A stretch of 52,592 bases of DNA from Tolypothrix carrinoi HA7290-LM1. GTDB taxonomy: Bacteria > Cyanobacteriota > Cyanobacteriia > Cyanobacteriales > Nostocaceae. The notes under the pieces are model-generated. The model saw only the letters and a program-made list of their open reading frames with translations, searched no databases and had not been told where the DNA came from. Numbering within the stretch: the stretch's first letter is position 1; each line of letters opens with the position of its first letter. The DNA lies in contig JAHHIK010000058.1 of NCBI GenBank assembly GCA_019358935.1, forward strand, positions 1 to 52,592. Direction: 5' to 3'. Positions 43,301 through 52,592 of the stretch are shown here, one piece after another. Both the position numbers and the translations under genes were made by a program.

Positions 43301-45439
43301 CAAATATCGCATCAATATTAACTCTAATTGAACGATACCAATCGGTTTGCTGAGATAGTCGTTAGCACCAGCTTGGCACAAGCGATCGCGATCTACAGTC
43401 ATTCCCATTGGTGTCATAATTACCACTGGCAAATCTTGCCAAGAAGGTATTTGTCGCACAAGATTCAGCAAATCCCATCCGCTGACATCTCCAGTTAAAT
43501 GCACATCCAACAAAATTAAATCTGGTTGAAAATTTCTTACCCGATGCAAAAAGCTGTTTGAGTCGCGAGTTTTCTGGACCTGATAGCCAATTGTCTGAAG
43601 ATAATCTTGCAGCAATGTAGCAGTGTTTTCCTCGTCTTCTACAAGCAAGATGCGTTTATTAATTGTAGTAGCGGGGACACTTGGACTAGAAGATACAGGA
43701 AAAGAAACTTTAGATGAATTATTTTCTTTCCCCCACTCCGCTGCTGACTGATGAATTTGATTTGGTAGAAACAGCATAAATCGACTACCTTCTCCCAAAG
43801 TCGATTCTACTGTCACATCTCCACCATGCATCCGTGCTAACTTGCGTGTCAAAGCTAAACCTAAACCAGTACCTTCGTACTCGCGATTTAAGCCACTGTC
43901 AAGCTGTTTAAACGGTTCAAACAAAAATTGAAATTGACTTGAGTCGATACCAATACCCGTATCGGCAACTGTAAATATCATCCCTTGCGGTACTTTTTTC
44001 ACCGTTAGCGATACTTTACCCGCTGGGGTGAATTTAATCGCATTCGTCAGCAGATTTAGTAGCATTTGTTTAATTCGTCGCTCGTCGGCAATGCAAACAT
44101 CTGCCTCTGGATATATTTCGGTTGTGAGTTGCAATTTCTTTTCCAAAGCGCGATCGCGCACTGTCGAGATTACAGAGTTACAAATATCTTGCACTTGCAA
44201 AGGTAACAGCATTAATTCTTCTTTGCCGGCTTCTACCCTAGACAAATCAAGGACATCGTTAATCAGTCCTAGCAACTGTTCACCACTACTATATATATAA
44301 TTTACATATTCTTCTTGCTTATCATTCAGCGTGCCTACTATTTTTTGTTGCAGCAACTGAGATAAGCCCATAATTGCATTCAGAGGTGTACGCAGTTCAT
44401 GACTCATAGTTGCTAAAAATTCACTTTTTGCCCGACTGCTTACTTCTGCTGCTTCTTTAGTTTTAAGCAATTTTAACTCAGTTCGCTTGCGTTCTGTGAT
44501 ATCTTCTATAATGGTGAGGAAAAATTCCGGTTGATTATTTGTGTCGTAAATCAAAGAAACCGAAATGTCAGTCCAAACTAAGCTACCGTCTTTATGTTGA
44601 AAACGCAATTCTTTCTTGAAACAATCGCAATTTTCTGCTAATATTTGTTGGTACTGTAAATCTGTAGTCAAATCCTCGGAATAAATATAATCTGTAAGAC
44701 GTTTGTCGCATAGTTCTTCTTGATTGTAACCTAGCATCTGACATAAAGCCGGATTACTATCTACTATTCGTTCATCCATATTTGCCAAGCTAATACCAAT
44801 AGAAGAACGCTCAAACATTGCCCGGAATTTTGCCTCACTTTTTCTGAGTGCTGACTGTGCAGCGTTTCGCTCGCTGATTTCGATTGCTAGCTTGACGAAA
44901 TCTGCAATTGAGGCAGCAAAATTCTCTTCCTCCAAAGTCCATTGCCGAACAGTGTTAATGTGTTGGTGGCAAACTACCCCCACCAATCGACTTCCTAACC
45001 AAATCGGTGCATACAGCACTGATGTAACCCCAAACATAGAAAGATGAGAGGAGAATTCTTGGGTTCTTTTGTCGTTGAAAACATCATTTACTGCAATGCT
45101 ACGTTCCTCTTGTAGAGCTTGAAAATAAGCTGGACAACTTGCTTTTAAAAGGGAAAGACCGGCGGTATGTTGGTTTGTGCTAACATCATATAAATCAATG
45201 CATTCAATTTTTGAAGAGTCCGAGCTGTATAACCATACCCCAACTCGCTGCACTAAAAGCGATCGCGCTGCTGCTTCGGTGATTTCCTTTAATGTTGCCT
45301 GAAGATTGCCTTGCTCGAATGTATTGCTTTTTGCCAGTTGCATCAGTGTCTGATGCGATCGCAGACAATGTTCCGGTATGAGCAAATCCTCTTTTGTTTG
45401 CTTGCGTTCTCTAATATCTCTCACTGCCAACACTCGCAT
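43289..45439 (-). CDS. Hybrid sensor histidine kinase (GAF-PAS-HisKA-HATPase-REC)
   Basis: SHELRTPL, NLLTNAIKF, DTGIG, GTGLGL, REC LLVED..LLDV..KP. Confidence 0.93.
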   Translation of the reverse strand: MRVLAVRDIRERKQTKEDLLIPEHCLRSHQTLMQLAKSNTFEQGNLQATLKEITEAAARSLLVQRVGVWLYSSDSSKIECIDLYDVSTNQHTAGLSLLKASCPAYFQALQEERSIAVNDVFNDKRTQEFSSHLSMFGVTSVLYAPIWLGSRLVGVVCHQHINTVRQWTLEEENFAASIADFVKLAIEISERNAAQSALRKSEAKFRAMFERSSIGISLANMDERIVDSNPALCQMLGYNQEELCDKRLTDYIYSEDLTTDLQYQQILAENCDCFKKELRFQHKDGSLVWTDISVSLIYDTNNQPEFFLTIIEDITERKRTELKLLKTKEAAEVSSRAKSEFLATMSHELRTPLNAIMGLSQLLQQKIVGTLNDKQEEYVNYIYSSGEQLLGLINDVLDLSRVEAGKEELMLLPLQVQDICNSVISTVRDRALEKKLQLTTEIYPEADVCIADERRIKQMLLNLLTNAIKFTPAGKVSLTVKKVPQGMIFTVADTGIGIDSSQFQFLFEPFKQLDSGLNREYEGTGLGLALTRKLARMHGGDVTVESTLGEGSRFMLFLPNQIHQSAAEWGKENNSSKVSFPVSSSPSVPATTINKRILLVEDEENTATLLQDYLQTIGYQVQKTRDSNSFLHRVRNFQPDLILLDVHLTGDVSGWDLLNLVRQIPSWQDLPVVIMTPMGMTVDRDRLCQAGANDYLSKPIGIVQLELILMRYLGNG

Positions 45440-45735
45440 TTCTTGCTCCTGGGAATGACTTTGCCTTGCAGTTGAACGGTTAAAGTGGAACCGTTTTTTT
45501 TAACTACAACGACTTCATCGGGTTTTTCATAATTAGAAAGAATATTTTTTATGATTAATTCTTGTGATTCTGGTATAATTTCAAAACTGTTTTTGCCAAT
45601 CAGGTCTTTAACTTGATAACCAGTCATTGTCACAAAAGCATGATTCGCATTAAAAATAATTTCGTCGTCATTATGTATTATCCCTTCATACGTTGTCGCA
45701 CAGAAGCAACATATATTGACTTTGCTATCAAACAT
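45421..45735 (-). pseudogene. PAS domain separated from the kinase by a frameshift
   Basis: TYEGIIH..NANHAFVTMTGY..DLIGKN..GKVIP continues in another frame as QEQEMRVLAVRDIRERKQ. Confidence 0.75.
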
Positions 45736-46029
45736 AATAGAAGAATATAATATATTTTTATCTGGAAATGATAAATTTAATATAGCTATAAAATTAATAT
45801 TTTCAGTGTTCGCAAAGACAAATAAATTTGGCTATTTTCTCTATAACTGGTTAATTTCGGTTGTGACAAATGACCATTTACTGTAAAAAAGTGATGAAGA
45901 TATTCTTTATCTACCCTCTGTCCATATTTATATCTTCCCACTGAGACTTGTGCATTCTCCTAAAGAAAGATACATATAAGAGCGAATTTTGCGACAATTG
46001 AAATAATAAGCTGTTGCGAAGGTGGAGCA

Positions 46030-46956
46030 ATGACAGAGAGTAACGTGAGAATTGTCTCCCTAATTCCCAGTGGAACGGAGATTTTAGCCGCATTGGGTTT
46101 AACTGATATGATTGTGGGGCGATCGCACGAATGTGACTACCCTCCAGAAATCAAAAATCGCCCTGTTTGCACCCAAGCAAGACTAAACACCAATGCACCC
46201 AGCGCCGAAATTCATGATAAAGTCAACAACTTGTTGCAATCTGCCCTCAGCATCTATCAAATCAAAACAGATGTTCTAGAACAATTGCAGCCCACTCACA
46301 TTGTCACCCAAGACCAGTGTGACGTTTGTGCTGTCAGTCTGGGCGATGTCGAAAAGGCAGTTGCTACCCTCACCAACAATTCACCCCAAATTATTTCCTT
46401 GCAACCCAATGTTCTCAAGGATGTTTGGACGGATATTGAGCGAGTCAGCAAAGCCTTCAACGTTGATTCAGTCAAGGTATTAGAAAATTTAGAAGCTCGC
46501 GTCCAAATTGTCAAGCAAAAAGTCCAAGGACTTTCTTTAACAGAACTGCCGAAAGTCGCTTGTATCGAATGGACTGAACCTTTAATGGTTGCTTGCAATT
46601 GGATTCCAGAATTAGTCAACTTAGCAGGAGGACAATCGCTTTTCAGCGTTGCCGGTCAACCTTCAGCTCAGTTGCAGTGGGAAACACTCATAGCTAGCAA
46701 TCCAGATGCAGTCATTTTTCTGCCTTGCGGCTTTGATTTAAATCGCACTCGTCAAGAAGCGCAATTATTAACTCAAAATCCAGAATGGCAAAAACTCCAC
46801 GCCACCCAAAGTGGTAGAGTGTATATTACTGATGGTAATGCCTATTTCAACCGTCCAGGACCGCGATTAGCAGATTCTTTAGAAATTTTGGCAGAAATTC
46901 TGCATCCGGAAATCTTTGAATACGGTTACAAAGGAACCGGCTGGGAAGTTTTGTAA
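46030..46956 (+). CDS. BtuF-like cobalamin/iron-complex binding protein
   Basis: RIVSLIPSGTEI, VGRSHECDYP, TQDQCDVCAV, YFNRPGPRL. Confidence 0.88.
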   Translation: MTESNVRIVSLIPSGTEILAALGLTDMIVGRSHECDYPPEIKNRPVCTQARLNTNAPSAEIHDKVNNLLQSALSIYQIKTDVLEQLQPTHIVTQDQCDVCAVSLGDVEKAVATLTNNSPQIISLQPNVLKDVWTDIERVSKAFNVDSVKVLENLEARVQIVKQKVQGLSLTELPKVACIEWTEPLMVACNWIPELVNLAGGQSLFSVAGQPSAQLQWETLIASNPDAVIFLPCGFDLNRTRQEAQLLTQNPEWQKLHATQSGRVYITDGNAYFNRPGPRLADSLEILAEILHPEIFEYGYKGTGWEVL

Positions 46957-47075
46957 TAGGGCATTGGGCATTGGGCATTGGGCATGGGGCATAGGGCATT
47001 GGCATTGGTAATTCCCCCCTTGTCCCCCTTGTCCCCCTTGTCCCCCTTGTCCCCTGTCCCCCCTGTCCCCAGTCC

Positions 47076-47369
47076 CTAGTCCCTAGCGTTTTTCAGCCAT
47101 TCTATTAGGGATTTTAAGTCACCGGAGAGTGCGGATTCGCCTACGGTGATGGTATGTTGCTTACCGTTATCTTCTACAGTCAAGGTATATTGAAAGCGAT
47201 CGCTTCCTCGCGTATCTGAAGCGATCGTCTGCGGTAATTCAAAGAAACCCGCAGATTGAATTAGTTGAGAAACTTGATTAGATTCGTTTGGCGGCAGAGT
47301 AGCTGTGTCAATATTTGTAGTCCTGATTATACCAGCAAAGCCACCTGAGCGTTCAAAGGAGATCCGCAT
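47076..47369 (-). CDS. Emfourin (protealysin inhibitor)
   Basis: MRISFERSGGFAG...DRFQYTLTV; directly downstream of an M4 protease. Confidence 0.9.
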   Translation of the reverse strand: MRISFERSGGFAGIIRTTNIDTATLPPNESNQVSQLIQSAGFFELPQTIASDTRGSDRFQYTLTVEDNGKQHTITVGESALSGDLKSLIEWLKNARD

Positions 47370-47568
47370 TTTTAAGTCTCCATCGTGTTGTATGCGCTGC
47401 GAAAAATACAAAAACTAGGAGGAAAACAGTATTATCTCCTAGTTTAGCAATAAAAGACAACACGCAGACAATTAGAAGTTATGAATTATGAATTCCTTGC
47501 GTCTGTACAGACGTTCCGGTGGAACGTCTCTACCTAATTCCCCGTACAGACGTTCCAATGGAACGTCT

Positions 47569-48648
47569 CTACAGAACCCCTACCTTTTGCCAAGCATTCT
47601 GCACCGCTTTTTGTTCCTTGCCATTATTGCCGTAGAGTTCTCCAGCAACTTGAATAGTTATTTGAGCAGCGCGTTTAAAATTAGCTTTAGAACGCAGGCG
47701 ATCGCGTAAACTTATGTACCAGATTTTGCCTGCTTTTTCCCAAGCATAACCGCCAATTTCCATTGCCGCTAAGTAAAACGCATTGTTGGGGATACCTGAG
47801 TTAATATGCACTCCAGCGTTATCTTGCATCCCCCTGTAAAGGTCTTTATAATTTGCTGGTTGTGGGTCTTTACCCAACACGGGATCATCATACGCTGTCC
47901 CAGGCGCTTTCATCGAGCGGATACCTACACCCTTGACATTTGGCGTAAATAGTCCTTCCCCAATAATCCAACTCGACTTATCTGCCGTCTCATTATTTAC
48001 TCTTTGTTTGACCATGATACCGAAGACATCAGACATTGACTCATTGAGTGCGCCAGATTCGCCAAAGTATGTTAAAGCAGCTTCATACTGAGTCACACCA
48101 TGAGTTAACTCATGTCCAATCACATCAATTGATTTAGTGAAGCGTTGAAAAAGCTCTCCGTCACCATCACCATAAACCATTTGACTGCCATTCCAAAAGG
48201 CGTTGTCATACTTCTTACCGAAATGCACGGTAGAGTCTAAACGCAGCCCCTTATCATCAATAGAATTGCGCTCGAAGACATCATGATACAAATCATAAGT
48301 AGCCCCAGCACCATCGTAAGCTTCGTTTACCATTTCGTCACTGCTAGCAGGACTGCCTTCGCTACGTACTAGCGTGCCTGGAAGTTGTTCGCCATTTTTA
48401 GCATCATAGACGGTGCGACGCTTTTCACCGGGTTGGGGTTCAAATGTAATACCACCTACCACATCCCGACGTCCGCGAAGCTGTGCGGAAACATTTAATG
48501 TATGAAAAGCCCACTGACGCTGTTCGGGATTGCCATTAACAGCAACCTTTTCCAGCACATGTGGGGGGATGATACAACAAATAGGGCAGCGAGAATAAAT
48601 TTGATGTTTACAGTCAAACCCTAACGATCTTTTATTGCTTCTAGCCAT
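47569..48648 (-). CDS. Protealysin-like M4 metalloprotease
   Basis: CIIPPH propeptide motif, NAFWNG, HELTH, GALNESMSD, VHINSG. Confidence 0.95.
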   Translation of the reverse strand: MARSNKRSLGFDCKHQIYSRCPICCIIPPHVLEKVAVNGNPEQRQWAFHTLNVSAQLRGRRDVVGGITFEPQPGEKRRTVYDAKNGEQLPGTLVRSEGSPASSDEMVNEAYDGAGATYDLYHDVFERNSIDDKGLRLDSTVHFGKKYDNAFWNGSQMVYGDGDGELFQRFTKSIDVIGHELTHGVTQYEAALTYFGESGALNESMSDVFGIMVKQRVNNETADKSSWIIGEGLFTPNVKGVGIRSMKAPGTAYDDPVLGKDPQPANYKDLYRGMQDNAGVHINSGIPNNAFYLAAMEIGGYAWEKAGKIWYISLRDRLRSKANFKRAAQITIQVAGELYGNNGKEQKAVQNAWQKVGVL

Positions 48649-48990
48649 GCAACATGTTCTCCTTTTTAAAAGTAAGTGATGAGAAGTGGCTTAAACTCCA
48701 CTGTTGAAAGGAGCAGAAAAACCAATACCAACAGCGTATCCGTGGTTTGTCTCTTGGTGAAAATCTTCTAGTTTCTATTTTCGACAGATCCGCTATCGAT
48801 TTTACAGTACCCTCACAGGGTACTTTTGTGTTAGGGTGTTGCACCAAAGCACAATTCCCACGTTGATGCGGCGAGTTTCAGCCAAAAACAAAAGCGTCAA
48901 TCAGCAACACCTCGTTAAATACACCCAACGGGTTTATATAATAGTTCCTGTTAAGGGCAATTGTGCTATTTATTACTATTTTGTTAATAA

Positions 48991-49354
48991 AGGGCATGGG
49001 GCATCGGGCATCGGGCATCGGGCATCGGGCATGGGGCATCGGGCATGGGGCATCGGGCATCGGGCATCGGGCATGGGGCATGGGGCATGGGGCATGGGGC
49101 ATGGGGCATGGGGCATGGGGCATGGGGCATGGGGCATGGGGCATGGAAAGAATGGTATTAGAATAGAACACGCATCAAAAATCGAGCGTCTTTAATTCCC
49201 GTTGCCCATTGCCCATTGCCCAATGACGGCAGATGCACGGCTGCCGGGGAACCCGTCCAACGCACAGCCAAACCTATGCCCAATGCCCTATGCCCATTGC
49301 CCTATGCCCAATGCCCATTGCCCATTGCCCAATGCCCATTGCCCAATGCCCATT
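48991..49354. mobile_element. STRR-armed foldback unit, copy 2 (inverted), with a nested hairpin repeat at about 49227-49269
   Basis: Core 49144-49202 is the reverse complement of 17471-17529 with 2 mismatches. Confidence 0.75.
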
Positions 49355-49369
49355 ACAACAAGGATAGTG

Positions 49370-50359
49370 ATGTCGGTGAGTAGAATACGCTATGATTGGG
49401 ACTCTTCGGAGATTTGGACGATATATAATACGCCGTTGCTAGAGCTGATTTATCAAGCTGCTAGCGTGCATCGCCAATATCATGACTCAACAAAAATTCA
49501 AGTTTGCAAGCTAATTTCTATTAAAACAGGAGCTTGTCCAGAAGATTGCAGCTACTGCGCTCAATCTTCTCGCTACAAAACAGCAGTGAAGCCAGAAGCA
49601 CTTTTAGAAAAAGAAACAGTACTTAATATCGCCCAGAAAGCTAAGGAAAGCGGTATTAGTCGCGTTTGTATGGGTGCTGCTTGGCGAGAAGTGCGGGATA
49701 ACTCGCAATTTGAACAAGTGTTGTCAATGGTCAAAGACGTGACAGCATTAGGTTTAGAGGTGTGCTGCACTTTGGGAATGCTGAGTGAATCTCAGGCAAA
49801 GCGCTTAGAAGATGCCGGATTGTATGCCTATAACCATAACTTGGATACATCAGCAGAATATTACAACACTATCATTACAACCAGAACTTATGACGATCGC
49901 CTCCACACCATCGATAACGTCCGCTCGACAAATGTAACTGTATGTTCTGGCGGTATACTCGGTTTAGGCGAAACAGTAGGCGATCGCATCTCCATGTTGC
50001 ACACTCTGGCAACACTACAACCACATCCAGAGTCCGTACCGATTAATATTCTCTCCCAAGTTCCAGGCACACCATTAGAAAATCAACCAGATGTCCCCAT
50101 TTGGGATGTCGTGCGAATGATTGCCACTGCTCGTATTTTAATGCCAGCTTCTGATGTCCGCCTCAGTGCAGGTAGAGCCAGACTTTCCCAAGTTGAACAA
50201 GCCTTATGCTTCATGGCAGGGGCAAATTCCATCTTTTCCAGCGACGACGGTCACATGTTAACCGTTACCACTCCTTGCCCAGGATACAACGCCGACCAGG
50301 AAATGCTCAATTTACTTGGTTTAGAAATGCGTCCTCCGAAAACGAGAGCTGTTTGCTAG
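49370..50359 (+). CDS. bioB: Biotin synthase
   Basis: [11 protein letters not shown] radical-SAM motif, [29 protein letters not shown]. Confidence 0.97.
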   Translation: MSVSRIRYDWDSSEIWTIYNTPLLELIYQAASVHRQYHDSTKIQVCKLISIKTGACPEDCSYCAQSSRYKTAVKPEALLEKETVLNIAQKAKESGISRVCMGAAWREVRDNSQFEQVLSMVKDVTALGLEVCCTLGMLSESQAKRLEDAGLYAYNHNLDTSAEYYNTIITTRTYDDRLHTIDNVRSTNVTVCSGGILGLGETVGDRISMLHTLATLQPHPESVPINILSQVPGTPLENQPDVPIWDVVRMIATARILMPASDVRLSAGRARLSQVEQALCFMAGANSIFSSDDGHMLTVTTPCPGYNADQEMLNLLGLEMRPPKTRAVC

Positions 50360-50668
50360 GAGGGAGAGGGGGGAATAGGGGGACAAGGAAGACAAGGGAG
50401 ATGGGGGAGACAAGGAAGACGAAAAGACAAACTCAAGAAAGCAAGAAAGCAAGAAAGCCCCTTGTCCCCCTTGTCCTCCTTGTCCCCCTTGTCTTCTTGT
50501 CCTCCTTGTCCTCCTTGTCCCCCTTGTCCCCCTTGTCCCCCTTGTCCTCCTTGTCTTCTTGTCCTCCTTGTCCTCCTTGTCCACGCCAGTCGCTACAACG
50601 GAGGGAACCTCCGCAACGCGCTGGCTCCCCTTGTCCTCCTTGTCTCCTTGTCTCCTTGTCCTCCTTCC
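50360..50668. repeat. GGACAAG / CTTGTCC STRR composite with nested 43-nt hairpin repeat (50584-50626)
   Basis: Direct reading. Confidence 0.8.
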
Positions 50669-50685
50669 AAATTAGGGTATCTCGA

Positions 50686-50781
50686 TCAAATAATCTTCGC
50701 GCTACGCAGACCAAACAGCAGACCAACAGCTATACCAAAGAACAAAGCCAAAAAGCCAATATAAGATATCACAGCAAACAT
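50686..50781 (-). CDS. petL: Cytochrome b6f complex subunit VI (31 aa; not in the ORF track)
   Basis: [38 protein letters not shown], divergent from aroB. Confidence 0.92.
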   Translation of the reverse strand: MFAVISYIGFLALFFGIAVGLLFGLRSAKII

Positions 50782-50910
50782 TTACGTTTCTCCATAAGAC
50801 TTTACTAATATCTATTCAAGCATTAGTCAACAGTTATTAGTCACTTTTCCCCCTTGTGTTCTTGTCTCCACCTGCGTAGAATGCGAAAAAAGAGGGCATA
50901 GGGGGGTTTA

Positions 50911-52008
50911 GTGATGGATCGTATTAATGTAAATTTACCGGAGCAGTCTTATGAGATTGCGATCGCATCTGGTAATCTGGATAATCTCGGCGAACAGATG
51001 AGCAGTTTGCAGCTGGGTAAGAAAATACTGCTGGTTTCTAACCCGACGATTTTTAAGCATTATGGGGAAAGAGCGATCGCATCTTTGAAAGCTGCTAATT
51101 TTGAAGTTGTCAGTTGCACCCTCCCCCCAGGTGAACGCTACAAAAACCTAAACTCAATCCAAAAACTCTACGATAACGCCCTAGAAAACCGCCTAGAACG
51201 CTCTTCAACTATGGTAGCTTTGGGGGGAGGCGTTATCGGTGATATGACAGGCTTCGCGGCTGCTACGTGGCTGCGCGGGATTAATGTTGTGCAAGTGCCG
51301 ACTACACTTTTAGCAATGGTAGATTCGGCAATTGGTGGCAAAACTGGTGTCAATCATCCCCAAGGGAAAAACTTGATTGGCGCATTTCATCAACCGCGCT
51401 TAGTTTTAATCGATCCAGAAGTATTAAAAACCCTTCCCATGCGAGAGTTTCGCGCTGGAATGGCAGAAGTAATCAAGTATGGCGTGATTTGGGATGCTGA
51501 ATTATTCGCCCAAATGGAAGCGAGTAAGAACCTAAATCAACACCGCTACGTCAAGCCAGAATTAATAGATAGCATCTTAACTCGTTCTTGTCAAGCAAAA
51601 GCCGATGTTGTCAGCAAAGACGAAAAAGAAGCCGGACTGCGGGCTATACTTAACTACGGACACACCATCGGACACGCCGTAGAAAGCTTGACAGGTTATC
51701 GTTTAGTAAATCACGGTGAAGCTGTGGGTATTGGGATGGTAGCAGCAGGGCAAATTGCTGCGGAATTGGGAATGTGGCAAAAAGAAGATACACAAAGGCA
51801 AGATGCTTTGATTGCCAAAGCCGGTTTACCGACAAAATTACCCGCTGGGGTGGATATCGAAGCGATAATTGAGGCGTTGCAAACCGATAAGAAAGTCAAA
51901 GACGGTAAAGTTAGGTTTGTTTTACCAACGCAGATTGGGGTGGTGACGGTGACTGATGAAGTCCCATCGGATATTATCCGGCAGGTATTGCGGGGAATGC
52001 AAAGTTAG
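50911..52008 (+). CDS. aroB: 3-dehydroquinate synthase
   Basis: [47 protein letters not shown]. Confidence 0.97.
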   Translation: MMDRINVNLPEQSYEIAIASGNLDNLGEQMSSLQLGKKILLVSNPTIFKHYGERAIASLKAANFEVVSCTLPPGERYKNLNSIQKLYDNALENRLERSSTMVALGGGVIGDMTGFAAATWLRGINVVQVPTTLLAMVDSAIGGKTGVNHPQGKNLIGAFHQPRLVLIDPEVLKTLPMREFRAGMAEVIKYGVIWDAELFAQMEASKNLNQHRYVKPELIDSILTRSCQAKADVVSKDEKEAGLRAILNYGHTIGHAVESLTGYRLVNHGEAVGIGMVAAGQIAAELGMWQKEDTQRQDALIAKAGLPTKLPAGVDIEAIIEALQTDKKVKDGKVRFVLPTQIGVVTVTDEVPSDIIRQVLRGMQS

Positions 52009-52013
52009 CGATC

Positions 52014-52146
52014 GCCCGCCTGGAAATCAATTTCCAGGCTAATAGCTTAAGTCCACTCAAGTGGACTAAAATTAATGCCCCAAATAAAGTTTAGTCCTCT
52101 TCAGAGGACTTTCGCTATGAGCCAAGGGTTTATAACCCTTGGCGGT
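52014..52146. repeat. Four-hairpin palindromic repeat element
   Basis: GCCTGGAAAT-ATTTCCAGGC, AGTCCACT-AGTGGACT, AGTCCTCT-AGAGGACT and GCCAAGGGTT-AACCCTTGGC in mirror arrangement; starts next to a HIP1 site. Confidence 0.75.
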
Positions 52147-52217
52147 TGCTGGCACTGCTGCAAAATATCAGTTTTAATCACATTACAATTAAAACTAACC
52201 GCCAGCCGATTTGTGTG

Positions 52218-52475
52218 ATGATACTCCAAGCAAACAATCAACTCACCTTGCAAGAGTTTTTGAATCTTCCCCCAGGTGAGGGAGATATCACTTACGAGCT
52301 CGTTGATGGACAAGCAATTCCGAAAGTATCACACACGTTTTTTCACTCTAAACTTACCCGTGTCCTACTTTATCTTATAGATAAATGGTGTGAGGGACGG
52401 GGAGAAATTTATCCAGCATTAGCTGTTGCATTAACCCGTCGTGGTAAAGATTGGGTACCGACACCTGATTTATAA
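52218..52475 (+). pseudogene. Uma2 family gene, 5' half, interrupted by an IS
   Basis: LTLQEFL..YELVDGQAIPK..WVPTPDL then an immediate stop, just after the PD motif. Confidence 0.85.
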
Positions 52476-52592
52476 GAGGTATGCTGAAAACCCCTTGGCT
52501 TTAGCCAGGGGATGAAAGCTACGATGCAGGGTTAACCAAGCGCCGTGATATTTTCTTTTAGTGGTTCCGGCAAAGTATCAAGCAAGTCTTCA
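52474..52592 (+). mobile_element. Probable IS200/IS605-family left end, extending off the right edge
   Basis: GAAAA-CCCCTTGGCT-TT-AGCCAGGGG-ATGAAAG subterminal hairpin (52491-52511), downstream of TTTAT (52469-52473) at the Uma2 break point. Confidence 0.7.

Noticed and set aside
48650..48990. Riboswitch or ncRNA between protealysin and bioB
   Set aside because: No recognisable aptamer consensus by eye; a covariance-model scan would be needed.
50911..52008. Second MAA-type sugar-phosphate cyclase
   Set aside because: The motifs ([24 protein letters not shown]) are those of housekeeping AroB, not MysA.

Overview
AT-rich chromosomal region of a filamentous, probably heterocyst-forming (Nostocales-type) cyanobacterium. 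This is inferred from the abundant HIP1 octamers (GCGATCGC), heptamer STRR arrays, and the rbp, hli, petL and mysABC genes. It is mostly core genes: rbp, hli, cobJ, dacB, mysABC (mycosporine sunscreen), ilvB, a ferrochelatase-like gene, two Ser/Thr kinases, putA, a GT39 glycosyltransferase, a hybrid histidine kinase, a BtuF-like protein, protealysin plus emfourin, bioB, petL and aroB. Two accessory hotspots (about 1.2-3.9 kb and 29.5-36.6 kb) interrupt these. Main observations: (i) a strict 21-bp-period array carrying a TCGCGA palindrome, head-to-head with an uncharacterised 121-aa basic-ended protein, plus a second unrelated 21-bp array at 32.7 kb; this is the best candidate for an undescribed system; (ii) a collapsed cobG'-cobH'-'cobI relic; (iii) an 88-bp duplication of a kinase 3' end flanking an SGNH hydrolase gene; (iv) many very small mobile repeats, including STRR-armed foldback units, MITEs with target duplications and a 43-nt hairpin with a compensatory base change, some inserted in frame in genes; (v) IS200/IS605-type ends at both window edges. 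No CRISPR, tRNA, rRNA, reverse transcriptase or intact transposase was seen. All family assignments come from motif recognition by eye; no searches were run.
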